Below are positions 39,184 through 48,911 of a DNA stretch of 64,000 nucleotides, one piece after another. The number at the start of each line of letters is the position of its first letter. Position 1 is the first letter of the stretch. Origin of the DNA: an uncultured Clostridia bacterium. GTDB taxonomy: Bacteria > Bacillota > Clostridia > Oscillospirales > Acutalibacteraceae. The translations under genes were made by a program, and so were the position numbers. The stretch spans positions 20,485 through 84,484 of the forward strand of contig CAMHQC010000008.1 of NCBI GenBank assembly GCA_946187325.1, written 5' to 3'. Below the pieces are notes generated by a model that was given only the letters and a program-made list of their open reading frames with translations, made no database searches and had not been told where the DNA came from.

Positions 39184-41493
39184 TCACCTTATTAGCCTAC
39201 AGCTCGCTGTATATAAAATATTATAAACGATAACAGATACCGCTCCCAAAATAACAGTCAGCGTAAAAGCAAAAGAATTTAGCGGATAAATACTAAATAA
39301 TTCAGTAAAGAATGTTAACGATACAATAAGTCCGACGGATATAAAAGCAATAAGCGCGGCTCTTAAAGTGTTAATCGGGATAGAAAGTCTTATTACCATC
39401 ATAACTCCCACAAGAGAGGTTAGTATAACCGACATTGTTGAAAACTCGTGATAGCTGTAGCGGTTGCTGAAAAATACCAAAGTAAATATATTCATCACAA
39501 CAATAAGAGAGCCCGGCCACGCCCTTATAATTACATTTTTTATAAACTTACCCTGTATACGATTATGATTAGGCTGCAAAGCCAATACAAATGACGGAAT
39601 ACCGATAGTAAACGCGCTGATTAGCGACATCTGTAGCGGTTCAAAAGGATAATTAATATTGATAAAAACAAACGCCAGCGCGAGTGTAATAGAATATAAG
39701 GTTTTAACTATAAATAAAGCGGCGCTTCTCTGGATATTGTTTATAGAACGTCTGCCCTCGGCTACAACCTTGGGCATAGAAGCGAAATCATCGTCAGCTA
39801 AAACAAGCTGAGAAATATTTTTGGCAGCGTCTGAACCCGATGCAATCGCAACACTGCAATCAGCCTCTTTTAAAGCGAGTACATCATTAACTCCGTCACC
39901 TGTCATAGCGACAGTGTGTCCGTTGCTTTTAAGCGCTTCTACAAACTTTTTCTTTTGTTGAGGGGTTACACGTCCGAAAACAACGTTTTGTTCTACGGCT
40001 TTACTAATATCCTCATCTTTTAAAGTTGATACATCGATGGATTTTTCGGCGTCAGGTATTCCGACAGACTCAGCGATTCTTTTCACGGTCTTATCGTTAT
40101 CTCCCGAAATAACTTTTAATTTAACGCCTTGTTTATTAAAATATCCGATTGTTTTATCGGCGTTATCCCTGATTTTATCCTTAATATGAATCAGCGCTAT
40201 AGGTTTAATACCGTCCGGTAACGTTTCATTGTCTACAAAACTATTTTCGCTTACTCCGATAGAAATAACTCTTAAAGTATCGTCAATAGATGAAATTTTA
40301 TTAAATAATTCTATATTAGAATTATCATAAATACATTCTGCCGCTCCCATAACATATGAATAACCGTCAGATAATTCCGCGCCCGACCATTTCTTTTCCG
40401 AAGAAAACGGAACGGCTTTTTTTGTTTCTATGTATTTACAATTCAGATATTTGTCAATAGCTTCAATCGTCGTATTTTTATCTATTGAAGAATACGCGAT
40501 TGATTTTAACACAGTATCTACTTTTTCTTTATCGCTGTCGAGATAATCAATATCTACTACTTCAAGCTCACCAGTGGTTATAGTACCTGTTTTATCAAGG
40601 CAAAGCACGTCTACCCTAGCGAGAGTTTCGATACAGAAAAGCTGTTGTACAAGTACTTTTTTTCTGGATAATCTAATAACAGAAACGGCTAAAACGGTAC
40701 TTGTAAGTAGAATTAATCCCTCGGGAATCATACCGATAAGCGCCGCGACTATACTTACAACCGCGTCTTTTATATCAATATGGTTAAAAAAGTATTGATT
40801 AATAAATAGAGCTATACCTACAGGGAAAATAGCTATCGAACAGAATTTGATTATTCTCTTTAACGTAAACATAATTTCAGAGTTAATCTGTTTATGGTAT
40901 GTAGCTTCCTGTTGGATTTTAGAGGCGTAGTTTTCATCGCCGACATTTTTTACCCTTGCGTAAACAAAACCCGAAGAAACGAAGCTTCCCGACAACAGCT
41001 CGTCGCCGACGTTCTTTTCCACACGATCGCTCTCGCCTGTGAGCAAACTTTCGTTGGCGAAACAAAAACCTTCTATGATTTCGCAGTCACATGGTATCTG
41101 TAAACCTGACTTAAGTATAATAACATCATCTTTAACGATCTCATTCATACTTATGCTCTTTATTTCGCCGTTTCTGATAACATCAATATTACTAGACACG
41201 ACGATAGAGAGCTTATCTACGGCTTTTTTAGAACGGATTTCCTGAACAATACCGATAATAATATTACAGAAAACAACTCCGACAAAAAGCATATTTTTAT
41301 GCGAGCCTACGAGTATGAGCAGTAAAAGCAAAAATAAATTAAGGAAGTTAAAAAGCGTAAGAGTATTTTCTAAAATAATCCTTTTTATTGATTTAGACTT
41401 AGAGCCGCTGTCTTTATTAACCAGTCCTTTTGCTATTCTATCGTTAACTTCTTCCTCAGATAATGAAAGCTTAATAATCTTTTCATTTAACAT
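39184..41493 (-). CDS. Cation-translocating P-type ATPase (CtpE-like)
   Basis: TGES, IPEGL, DKTGT and MTGDGVND. Lacks the long lumenal loops of SERCA-type pumps. Confidence 0.9.
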   Translation of the reverse strand: MLNEKIIKLSLSEEEVNDRIAKGLVNKDSGSKSKSIKRIILENTLTLFNFLNLFLLLLLILVGSHKNMLFVGVVFCNIIIGIVQEIRSKKAVDKLSIVVSSNIDVIRNGEIKSISMNEIVKDDVIILKSGLQIPCDCEIIEGFCFANESLLTGESDRVEKNVGDELLSGSFVSSGFVYARVKNVGDENYASKIQQEATYHKQINSEIMFTLKRIIKFCSIAIFPVGIALFINQYFFNHIDIKDAVVSIVAALIGMIPEGLILLTSTVLAVSVIRLSRKKVLVQQLFCIETLARVDVLCLDKTGTITTGELEVVDIDYLDSDKEKVDTVLKSIAYSSIDKNTTIEAIDKYLNCKYIETKKAVPFSSEKKWSGAELSDGYSYVMGAAECIYDNSNIELFNKISSIDDTLRVISIGVSENSFVDNETLPDGIKPIALIHIKDKIRDNADKTIGYFNKQGVKLKVISGDNDKTVKRIAESVGIPDAEKSIDVSTLKDEDISKAVEQNVVFGRVTPQQKKKFVEALKSNGHTVAMTGDGVNDVLALKEADCSVAIASGSDAAKNISQLVLADDDFASMPKVVAEGRRSINNIQRSAALFIVKTLYSITLALAFVFININYPFEPLQMSLISAFTIGIPSFVLALQPNHNRIQGKFIKNVIIRAWPGSLIVVMNIFTLVFFSNRYSYHEFSTMSVILTSLVGVMMVIRLSIPINTLRAALIAFISVGLIVSLTFFTELFSIYPLNSFAFTLTVILGAVSVIVYNILYTASCRLIR

Positions 41494-41666
41494 TAAATCT
41501 CAATACCTCTCGTTTATAGCATTAAATACAAATAATTCAAATTTACTTCTATTAAAGGTCAATTAAAGTATATTCATAGTAATAAAAAAACATCAAAAAT
41601 TTTTTCCATACTATTATACACTATTTTTTCAAAAAATAATAGTGCAAAGTTAAAGGAGGTGAACAA

Positions 41667-42668
41667 ATGTTAAAAAATGTAAAAATAAGAATTATACCCG
41701 CAATTCTTGTAATTATTTTTTCCTTATCAATCAATATAATTCCCGCAAACGCAAAAGCTGACAAGGTAATTGTTGGCGGCGAACCGTTCGGGCTTAAATT
41801 ATATTGTAAAGGAGTAATGATTACACATTTTGAAAGCTTTGTATCTTCGGACAAAAATGTCTGTCCCGCGAAAAGTTGTGGTCTTAAGATAAACGATATT
41901 ATTATTAGAGCAAATAATAAAGATATAAAAAGTAACGAACAGCTTAATAATATCGTAAAAAAATCAAAAGGTCATACAATAAACTTTGAAATATTAAGAA
42001 AAAACAAGAATTTATTTATTAAAACAAAACCTGAGTTAAACAGTGATAATAATTATTATATCGGTCTATGGGCGCGTGATAGTTGCGCCGGAATAGGAAC
42101 TATAAGCTATTACAACCCGGAAAACAATTCATACGGAGCACTTGGACACGCTATATGCGATATAGACACAGGGAGTATAATGCCGAGCGATAACGGTGAA
42201 ATACTAAAAGCGAAAATAACGAGTATAACAAAATCTAAGAACAATAGTATAGGAACACTTAACGGATTCTTCACCGATACAACTATAGGAAATATAAAAA
42301 ACAATACTCCAATCGGAATTTACGGAAATACAATCAACCTTAATAAAAACGAATATATTAAAATAGCTGATAAATCGGAAGTTAAACTAGGCAAAGCAAC
42401 GCTTGTAACAACAATAGAAGGCAGTACTCCTCAGAAATATGATATAGAAATACAAAATATTTGTAACTACGACAGAAATTCAAACAGAAATTTTGTAATA
42501 GAAATCAAGGATGCAAGAATTTTAAACTCGGCTGGAGGAATTGTTCAAGGTATGAGCGGAAGTCCTATTATACAAAACGGTAAACTCATAGGCGCTCTTA
42601 CGCATGTGTTTATTAATAATTGCAATAAGGGATACGGTATATTCATTGAAAATATGATCGAACACTAA
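41667..42668 (+). CDS. spoIVB: SpoIVB peptidase (S55) with PDZ domain
   Basis: PDZ, GLWARD..AGIGT, GALGH.I.D and GIVQGMSGSPIIQNGKLIGALTH. Adjacent to spo0A. Confidence 0.95.
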   Translation: MLKNVKIRIIPAILVIIFSLSINIIPANAKADKVIVGGEPFGLKLYCKGVMITHFESFVSSDKNVCPAKSCGLKINDIIIRANNKDIKSNEQLNNIVKKSKGHTINFEILRKNKNLFIKTKPELNSDNNYYIGLWARDSCAGIGTISYYNPENNSYGALGHAICDIDTGSIMPSDNGEILKAKITSITKSKNNSIGTLNGFFTDTTIGNIKNNTPIGIYGNTINLNKNEYIKIADKSEVKLGKATLVTTIEGSTPQKYDIEIQNICNYDRNSNRNFVIEIKDARILNSAGGIVQGMSGSPIIQNGKLIGALTHVFINNCNKGYGIFIENMIEH

Positions 42669-42670
42669 CG

Positions 42671-42687
42671 CCCGCCTTAACGGCGGG
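42671..42687 (+). terminator. GC hairpin after spoIVB
   Basis: cccgcc-ttaac-ggcggg with only a weak U-tract. Confidence 0.45.
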
Positions 42688-42697
42688 TTACATAAAA

Positions 42698-42717
42698 TGT
42701 CGATATATAGTGTCGCA
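42698..42717 (+). promoter_or_regulatory. Two degenerate 0A boxes upstream of spo0A
   Basis: TGTCGAT and TGTCGCA each match TGTCGAA at 6/7. A third (TGTCAAA, minus strand, 42822-42828) sits in the promoter spacer. Confidence 0.4.
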
Positions 42718-42813
42718 TAAAGACTTTACACGCAACATATTGTAGAATATGGACGTATTTTACTTTCGAAAATAATTTTAAAAATATTTTTTAAAAAAGT
42801 TTTTTGGAAACTA

Positions 42814-42842
42814 TTGCCAATTTTGACAATTTATGGTAGTAT
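42814..42842 (+). promoter_or_regulatory. SigA-like promoter of spo0A
   Basis: TTGCCA-17 bp-TAGTAT. Confidence 0.55.
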
Positions 42843-42876
42843 AAATTCGCAAAACAAATCTACGGAGGTAAATAAA

Positions 42877-43644
42877 ATGAACGATGTATTAAAAGTACTT
42901 ATTACAGAAGATAAAAATTCGCTCTCAAACGAAGAATTAAAGGTATTTGAAAAGTATAATATCTCTCCTGTATTCTGTACAAAAGACGGAGAAAAATTAC
43001 TGCTGAAAATAATTGACGAATCTCCTACAGCGGTAATAATGGATTTATTTATGACTAGGATTGACGCCTTGGGAGTAATGCGTGAGATTAAAAAGAAAGA
43101 AATTAATGAACCGCTGTTAATTGTTACAGCTTCATTTTCCAGCGAAGCGCTCGAGCGTGAGGTAATGAACGCGGGCGCAAGTTATTACGCGCTAAAGCCT
43201 TATAATCTTGAGGCAATATGCGAGGACATTATCACTTTACTAAGTAAAGATAAAAACAGCAATTCTATTAATCGTATTTACGATTCATTCGGAATTGAAG
43301 TAAAGGTTACCGAGATTCTGCATGAAATCGGTGTTCCGGCGCATATAAAGGGGTACAATTATCTCAGAGATTCAATAATTATGTCAATAGAAAACCCTGA
43401 TATTATTAACGCTGTAACAAAACAACTCTATCCGGGTGTAGCTAAAAAATATGAAACCACTTCCTCGAGAGTAGAGAGAGCTATACGCCATGCTATTGAG
43501 GTTGCTTGGGATAGAGGCGATGTAGATGTATTAAATTCATATTTCGGTTATACTATCCATAACGAAAGAGGTAAGCCTACAAACAGCGAATTTATTGCTA
43601 TGATATCCGATAAGCTAAGATTACAAATAAAAAACGCCAGCTAA
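42877..43644 (+). CDS. spo0A: Sporulation master regulator Spo0A (start ATG at 42877)
   Basis: Receiver domain with phosphoacceptor VIMD and KP, plus [27 protein letters not shown] and [17 protein letters not shown]. Confidence 0.97.
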   Translation: MNDVLKVLITEDKNSLSNEELKVFEKYNISPVFCTKDGEKLLLKIIDESPTAVIMDLFMTRIDALGVMREIKKKEINEPLLIVTASFSSEALEREVMNAGASYYALKPYNLEAICEDIITLLSKDKNSNSINRIYDSFGIEVKVTEILHEIGVPAHIKGYNYLRDSIIMSIENPDIINAVTKQLYPGVAKKYETTSSRVERAIRHAIEVAWDRGDVDVLNSYFGYTIHNERGKPTNSEFIAMISDKLRLQIKNAS

Positions 43645-43650
43645 ACTTAT

Positions 43651-43684
43651 AAGACTTGTTCATAATTGGGCAAGTCTTTTCTTT
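43651..43684 (+). terminator. Intrinsic terminator after spo0A
   Basis: aagacttg...caagtctt followed by ttcttt. Confidence 0.75.
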
Positions 43685-43686
43685 AG

Positions 43687-43715
43687 TTGACTTTTAAAAA
43701 ACACTATGATAATAT
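43687..43715 (+). promoter_or_regulatory. SigA-like promoter of copA
   Basis: TTGACT-17 bp-TAATAT with TG extension. Confidence 0.6.
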
Positions 43716-43765
43716 TTTAACATATTAAGGGATTAGGCGGATTTTTACAGAAAGGCCGTTAAATT

Positions 43766-46234
43766 ATGAAGAATGAAAAATACAGTATTACAGGTATGAG
43801 CTGTTCGGCGTGCTCCGCGGCAGTTACCAAAGCTGTGAGTAAATTAGACGGTATAGAAAATGTCAACGTAAATTTACTCACAAACTCAATGGAAACCGAA
43901 TACGACGAAACTAAAACTAATTCTAAAAAGATAATATCCGCCGTAAAAAAAGCAGGCTACGGCGCTAAAATATACTCGTACGACGAGGAGAGTTACAATA
44001 AAGACAGTGAATCTGTAAAGAAAAGGCTTATTCTGTCTATTGTATTTTTAATACCATTAATGTTTACGGCTATGAGCCATATGTTCGGTATTCATATTTC
44101 TTTTTTAGAAAATACAATCATACAAGGCGCATTGGAACTATTATTTCTTATCCCTATTCTTATACTTAATAGAAAGTATTTTATAGGCGGTTTTAAGTCG
44201 TTATTTAAGTTACATCCTAATATGGACGCGTTAATTGCTTTAGGAGCGGGTATATCTTTCGGATATAGTTTATATATATATATAATCTGTATAATTAATA
44301 ATTATGATGTTATTACCGCGTCAGAAAACGGTTTTCATTTTTACTTTGAATCCGCGGGTATGATTCTAACTTTTATTACAATTGGAAAATTCCTCGAAAG
44401 CGAAAGCAAAAGTAAAACTTCTTCCGCAATCAGCAAGCTTATTAAACTCACTCCTAAAACAGCTTTAATTCTAAAAGACGGTAAAGAAGTTGAAATAAAT
44501 ACTTCTGAAATTAAAAGCGGAGATATAGTTATATGTAAAAACGGATTATCTGTTCCGATTGACGGAGAGATAATAAACGGAAATTGCAGCGTTGACGAAA
44601 GCGCTATCACAGGCGAAAGTATACCTGTCGATAAAAAAATTGGCGACGAAGTTATAGGCGGAACTGTAGTGACTTCGGGTTATATTCAAGTTAAAGCCGT
44701 TAATACAGGCGAGAACACCACCCTGTCGAAAATAATTAAGCTGGTTGAAGACGCCACTACATCAAAAGCTACGATAGCGAGAATAGCCGATAAGGTTGCG
44801 GGCGTATTTGTGCCGTCGGTAATCGGTATCGCGTTAATTACAACAATTATATGGCTGATTGCGGGAATAGATGTCGGTAAAGCGATATCATTCGGAATCG
44901 CGGTACTGGTAATATCATGCCCTTGCGCCTTAGGTTTAGCAACTCCGACAGCGATTATGGTCGGCACAGGAAAAGCCGCAGGATATGGAATATTAATCAA
45001 ATCGGCATCAGCTCTCGAAACTGCCGATAAGATTAAAAACGTAATTCTCGATAAAACAGGAACAATTACTAAAGGCTCGCCTACTGTTACCGATGTAATT
45101 GAATATAGTGATAATTTTCTTGAGACAGCATATTCTATTGAAAACAATTCCGAGCATCCTCTGGCTAAAGCTGTTGTAAATTACGCTAAGGATAAAAATG
45201 TAAGGCTGGTTGAAGCCGCTGATTTCAAATCTCATACAGGCTCGGGAATCTCCGCTGTAATAAACAATAAAAAATACTACTCAGGCAACTATTCATTTAT
45301 TAAAAGCTTGAAAATTGATTTCGATAATAATTCCATTAAGGAATTATACAACAGCGGTAAAACGCCTCTGATTTTTGCGGACGATAAGAAAGTAATCGGA
45401 ATAATTGCTGTCGCCGATACTATTAAAGAAACGAGCAAAGAGGCTATCGAAGAATTAAAAGCTTTAGATGTTAACGCGATTATGCTCACGGGCGATAATA
45501 AACATACGGCAAATTCCATTCAACGTAAAGCAAGAATAAAAACCGCGTACGCTCAGGTACTTTCTCAACAAAAGGAACAGATTATTCGAAAGTACAAAAA
45601 AGACGGTATCGCGGCTATGGTCGGCGACGGTATAAACGACTCCCCCGCTCTTGTAACCGCTGACGTCGGAATAGCAATAGGCGCGGGTACGGATATCGCG
45701 ATTGACTCCGCCGATATAGTTCTTATGAAAAGCGATTTGCTGGACGTTGTAACACTAATTGAACTCAGCAGGGCTGTAATAAAAAACATTAAAGAAAACT
45801 TATTCTGGGCTTTTATTTACAATATAATCTGTATTCCGCTCGCAGCGGGAGCTTTTTACAACCTTTTAGGCTGGCAGTTAGAGCCGATGTTCGGTACAAT
45901 TGCAATGAGTCTAAGCTCCATATGCGTCGTTACAAACGCCCTAAGATTAAGAAGATTTAAGCCTAAACATATTAAATACAGTGAAAGCGGAAATATACAT
46001 TATGAAACTATTGTACCTGATAAGGACGATTTAGATATTAAAACCGTTTATATAGAAGGTATGATGTGCGGGCATTGTGCAGCCAGAGTACAAAAGGCGC
46101 TTAAAAGTATAAGTAATAAACCTGTGACAGTTTCTTTAAACGACAACAACGCTAAAGTTGATAACGCTTTAGAAGATAAACTTATAAAGGAAACGATAAA
46201 AAACGCGGGTTATAAAGTTACAAATATCGAATAG
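43766..46234 (+). CDS. copA: Cu(I)-exporting P1B-type ATPase with N- and C-terminal HMA domains
   Basis: GMSCSAC, TGES, CPCALG, DKTGT, SEHPLA, GDGIND, FIYN, MSLSS and C-terminal GMMCGHC. Confidence 0.92.
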   Translation: MKNEKYSITGMSCSACSAAVTKAVSKLDGIENVNVNLLTNSMETEYDETKTNSKKIISAVKKAGYGAKIYSYDEESYNKDSESVKKRLILSIVFLIPLMFTAMSHMFGIHISFLENTIIQGALELLFLIPILILNRKYFIGGFKSLFKLHPNMDALIALGAGISFGYSLYIYIICIINNYDVITASENGFHFYFESAGMILTFITIGKFLESESKSKTSSAISKLIKLTPKTALILKDGKEVEINTSEIKSGDIVICKNGLSVPIDGEIINGNCSVDESAITGESIPVDKKIGDEVIGGTVVTSGYIQVKAVNTGENTTLSKIIKLVEDATTSKATIARIADKVAGVFVPSVIGIALITTIIWLIAGIDVGKAISFGIAVLVISCPCALGLATPTAIMVGTGKAAGYGILIKSASALETADKIKNVILDKTGTITKGSPTVTDVIEYSDNFLETAYSIENNSEHPLAKAVVNYAKDKNVRLVEAADFKSHTGSGISAVINNKKYYSGNYSFIKSLKIDFDNNSIKELYNSGKTPLIFADDKKVIGIIAVADTIKETSKEAIEELKALDVNAIMLTGDNKHTANSIQRKARIKTAYAQVLSQQKEQIIRKYKKDGIAAMVGDGINDSPALVTADVGIAIGAGTDIAIDSADIVLMKSDLLDVVTLIELSRAVIKNIKENLFWAFIYNIICIPLAAGAFYNLLGWQLEPMFGTIAMSLSSICVVTNALRLRRFKPKHIKYSESGNIHYETIVPDKDDLDIKTVYIEGMMCGHCAARVQKALKSISNKPVTVSLNDNNAKVDNALEDKLIKETIKNAGYKVTNIE

Positions 46235-46260
46235 AAAAGGCGGTTCATCGAACCGCCTTT
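46235..46260. terminator. Bidirectional terminator between copA and purD
   Basis: aaaaggcggttc-atc-gaaccgccttt. Confidence 0.85.
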
Positions 46261-46274
46261 AATCATATATTTTT

Positions 46275-47540
46275 TTACTTAGTTCTACCGATATCGGTGC
46301 GATAGTGAGCGCCTTCAAAATTAATCTTTTTAACAGCGTTGTACGCCTTATCAAGCGCCTCGTCGAGAGTGTCGGCTTTGGCTGTTACGCCGAGAACTCG
46401 TCCGCCGTTAGTGTAAAGCTTACCGTTTTCAAGCTTAGTTCCGGCATGGTAAACAATAGCTCCGTCTACCCCGCCGTTTTCGTCTAAGCCTTTAATCTCG
46501 ACGCCCTTTTTATAAGAAAGAGGATATCCGCCGCTCGCCATTACAACACAAGCAGCCGCGCCGTCGTACCATTCTATATCAATATCCGAAAGCTTTTCGT
46601 CGATAATAGCTTCACAAATATCAACCAAATCGGTTTTGAGTCTCGGAAGCACTACCTGAGCCTCGGGGTCACCGAAACGGGCGTTATACTCAATTACCTT
46701 CGGGCCGTTCGGGGTAATCATTAATCCGAAATACAAACACCCCTTAAACTTTCTGCCCTCTTTTGACATAGCTTCAATAGTCGGAATAAAGATAGTATCG
46801 TAACACTCCTGAGCGATTTTGTCGGTGTAATAAGGATTAGGGCTTACAGTACCCATACCGCCTGTATTAAGTCCCTCGTCATTATCGTAAGCGCGTTTAT
46901 GGTCTTTAGAGCTAACCATAGGCTTAACAACTTTACCGTCGGTAAACGCTAAAACGCTAACCTCGGGACCTGTTAAGTATTCCTCGATAACAATATTATT
47001 ACCTGAATCACCGAACTTTTTGTCCTCCATAATGGATTTAACAGCGTCTTTAGCTTCGTCAATTGTCTGAGCGATTATTACGCCCTTACCTAAAGCTAAT
47101 CCGTCCGCTTTTACAACTACAGGAGTAGTATTTTCAGATTCAATATACTCAATCGCTTTATCAGGGTCGCTGAAAACTTCGTACTTAGCGGTCGGAATAC
47201 CGTATTTTTTCATAAGATTTTTAGAGAAAACCTTAGAAGCTTCGATGATAGCAGCGTCAGCGTTAGGGCCGAAAGCTCTAATACCGGCTTTTTCCATAGA
47301 GTCTACCATACCCGCGGCAAGCGGATCGTCGGGAGCTACAAATACTAAGTCAACGGCGTTATCCTTTGCGAATTTAACCATATTGTCGATATCCATAGCG
47401 CCGATATTAACGCACTCTGCGTCACTAGCGATACCGCCGTTTCCCGGGGCGCAGTATATCTTATCACACTTAGGCGACTCAGCGAGCTTTTTAATTAAAG
47501 CGTGTTCGCGTCCGCCTGAACCTACCATTAAAATTTTCAT
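46275..47540 (-). CDS. purD: Phosphoribosylamine--glycine ligase
   Basis: GSGGREHAL, KADGLALGKGV, NTGGMG and EYNARFGDPE. Confidence 0.97.
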   Translation of the reverse strand: MKILMVGSGGREHALIKKLAESPKCDKIYCAPGNGGIASDAECVNIGAMDIDNMVKFAKDNAVDLVFVAPDDPLAAGMVDSMEKAGIRAFGPNADAAIIEASKVFSKNLMKKYGIPTAKYEVFSDPDKAIEYIESENTTPVVVKADGLALGKGVIIAQTIDEAKDAVKSIMEDKKFGDSGNNIVIEEYLTGPEVSVLAFTDGKVVKPMVSSKDHKRAYDNDEGLNTGGMGTVSPNPYYTDKIAQECYDTIFIPTIEAMSKEGRKFKGCLYFGLMITPNGPKVIEYNARFGDPEAQVVLPRLKTDLVDICEAIIDEKLSDIDIEWYDGAAACVVMASGGYPLSYKKGVEIKGLDENGGVDGAIVYHAGTKLENGKLYTNGGRVLGVTAKADTLDEALDKAYNAVKKINFEGAHYRTDIGRTK

Positions 47541-47559
47541 AATAAGTTATTCCTTTCGA

Positions 47560-48738
47560 TTAATGGTGGAATAAACGGATTCCTGTGAAGCACATTGTCA
47601 TATTGTACTTGTCACAAGTTTCGATAACATTATCATCACGGATTGAACCGCCCGGCTGAGCGACAAACTCTACGCCTGACTTCTTGGCTCTTTCGATATT
47701 ATCTCCGAACGGGAAGAAAGCGTCTGAGCCTAAAGCTACACCTGAGTTCTTAGCAATCCATTCCTTCTTTTCTTCAGCGGTAAGAGGCTCGGGCTTAACC
47801 TTAAAGAGAGTCTGCCATGTACCGTCACGAAGTACATCCTCGTACTCGTCGGAAATATATACATCAATTGTATTATCTCTGTCGGGACGACGAATATCGT
47901 CAACAAACTGTAAACCCAAAACCTTTGGATGCTGACGAAGCCACCAAATATCAGCTTTATTACCCGCAAGTCTTGTACAATGAACTCTGGACTGCTGACC
48001 GGCGCCTACACCGATAGCCTGTCCGCCTTTTGCGTAACACACGGAGTTAGACTGAGTGTATTTTAAGGTAATCAGAGCGATAATAAGGTCGCGCTTAGCG
48101 TCCTCGGAAAACTCCTTATTAGCCGTAGGAATATTCTTAGTAATCATTTCCTCGTCGATTTTAAGCTCGTTTCTGCCCTGCTCAAATGTAATACCAAATA
48201 CATCTTTATGTTCAATCGGCTCGGGAACATAATCAGGATCAATTTTAACAACATTATAATTACCCTTACGCTTAGTTTTGAGAACCTCTAAAGCTTCGGG
48301 AGTATAGCCGGGAGCGATAATGCCGTCGGAAACCTCACGCTGTAAGAGCTTAGCTGTTTGTACATCACAAGTATCGGAAAGCGCTACCCAGTCGCCGTAA
48401 GAGGACATTCTGTCAGCTCCTCTTGCCTTTGCGTACGCGCAGGCTATCGGAGATAACTCTAAATCGTCCACAAAATAGATTTTCTTTAAAGTATCAGAAA
48501 GCTCGCTTGCTACCGCGGCTCCCGCGGGGCTTACGTGTTTAAAAGAAGCTGCCGCGGGAAGTCCTGTAGCCGCTTTAAGCTCTCTAACAAGCTGCCATGA
48601 GTTAAAAGCGTCAAGGAAGTTGATGTATCCCGGTTTACCGTTTAAAACCTCGACAGGTAATTCCTTACCGTTGTTCATAAAAATTCTTGACGGTTTCTGA
48701 TTAGGGTTACAACCGTATTTAAGTTCTAATTCATTCAT
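47560..48738 (-). CDS. purH: AICAR transformylase, stand-alone PurH C-terminal type without the IMP cyclohydrolase domain
   Basis: Begins LKYGCNPNQ. SFKHVSPAG, KYTQSNSV, GAGQQSRV and SDAFFPF present; the N-terminal MGS-like domain is absent. Confidence 0.9.
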   Translation of the reverse strand: MNELELKYGCNPNQKPSRIFMNNGKELPVEVLNGKPGYINFLDAFNSWQLVRELKAATGLPAAASFKHVSPAGAAVASELSDTLKKIYFVDDLELSPIACAYAKARGADRMSSYGDWVALSDTCDVQTAKLLQREVSDGIIAPGYTPEALEVLKTKRKGNYNVVKIDPDYVPEPIEHKDVFGITFEQGRNELKIDEEMITKNIPTANKEFSEDAKRDLIIALITLKYTQSNSVCYAKGGQAIGVGAGQQSRVHCTRLAGNKADIWWLRQHPKVLGLQFVDDIRRPDRDNTIDVYISDEYEDVLRDGTWQTLFKVKPEPLTAEEKKEWIAKNSGVALGSDAFFPFGDNIERAKKSGVEFVAQPGGSIRDDNVIETCDKYNMTMCFTGIRLFHH

Positions 48739-48821
48739 ATAATTACCATAGCCTTTCTACCTACATTTTTCATCTTCCTTACGCGCTTACTGTAGGTAGA
48801 TAAGGCGTAAACGGCAATTAA

Positions 48822-48858
48822 GCACCGCTCGTGTACGCGCAGCATACAACAAAGCGGG
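48822..48858. repeat. Degenerate palindromic intergenic repeat, copy A
   Basis: gcaccgctcgtgtacgcgcagcatacaacaaagcggg aligns to the reverse complement of 56304-56337. Confidence 0.55.
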
Positions 48859-48911
48859 CTTTTAAGTCCAAGTTTGCGTGAGCTTTCACACAAACTCCTC
48901 CAATACCGTAA

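Noticed and set aside
41579-41644. SigG-type -10 (CATACTA, 41607-41613) and an AT-rich palindrome upstream of spoIVB
   Set aside because: Biologically plausible, but no -35 at the right spacing, and the region is too AT-rich to call from sequence alone.
48739-48911. ZTP, guanine or ykkC/PRPP riboswitch before purH
   Set aside because: Only an AAAAGCCCG fragment resembles ykkC. The diagnostic cores are absent, so no named riboswitch is called.
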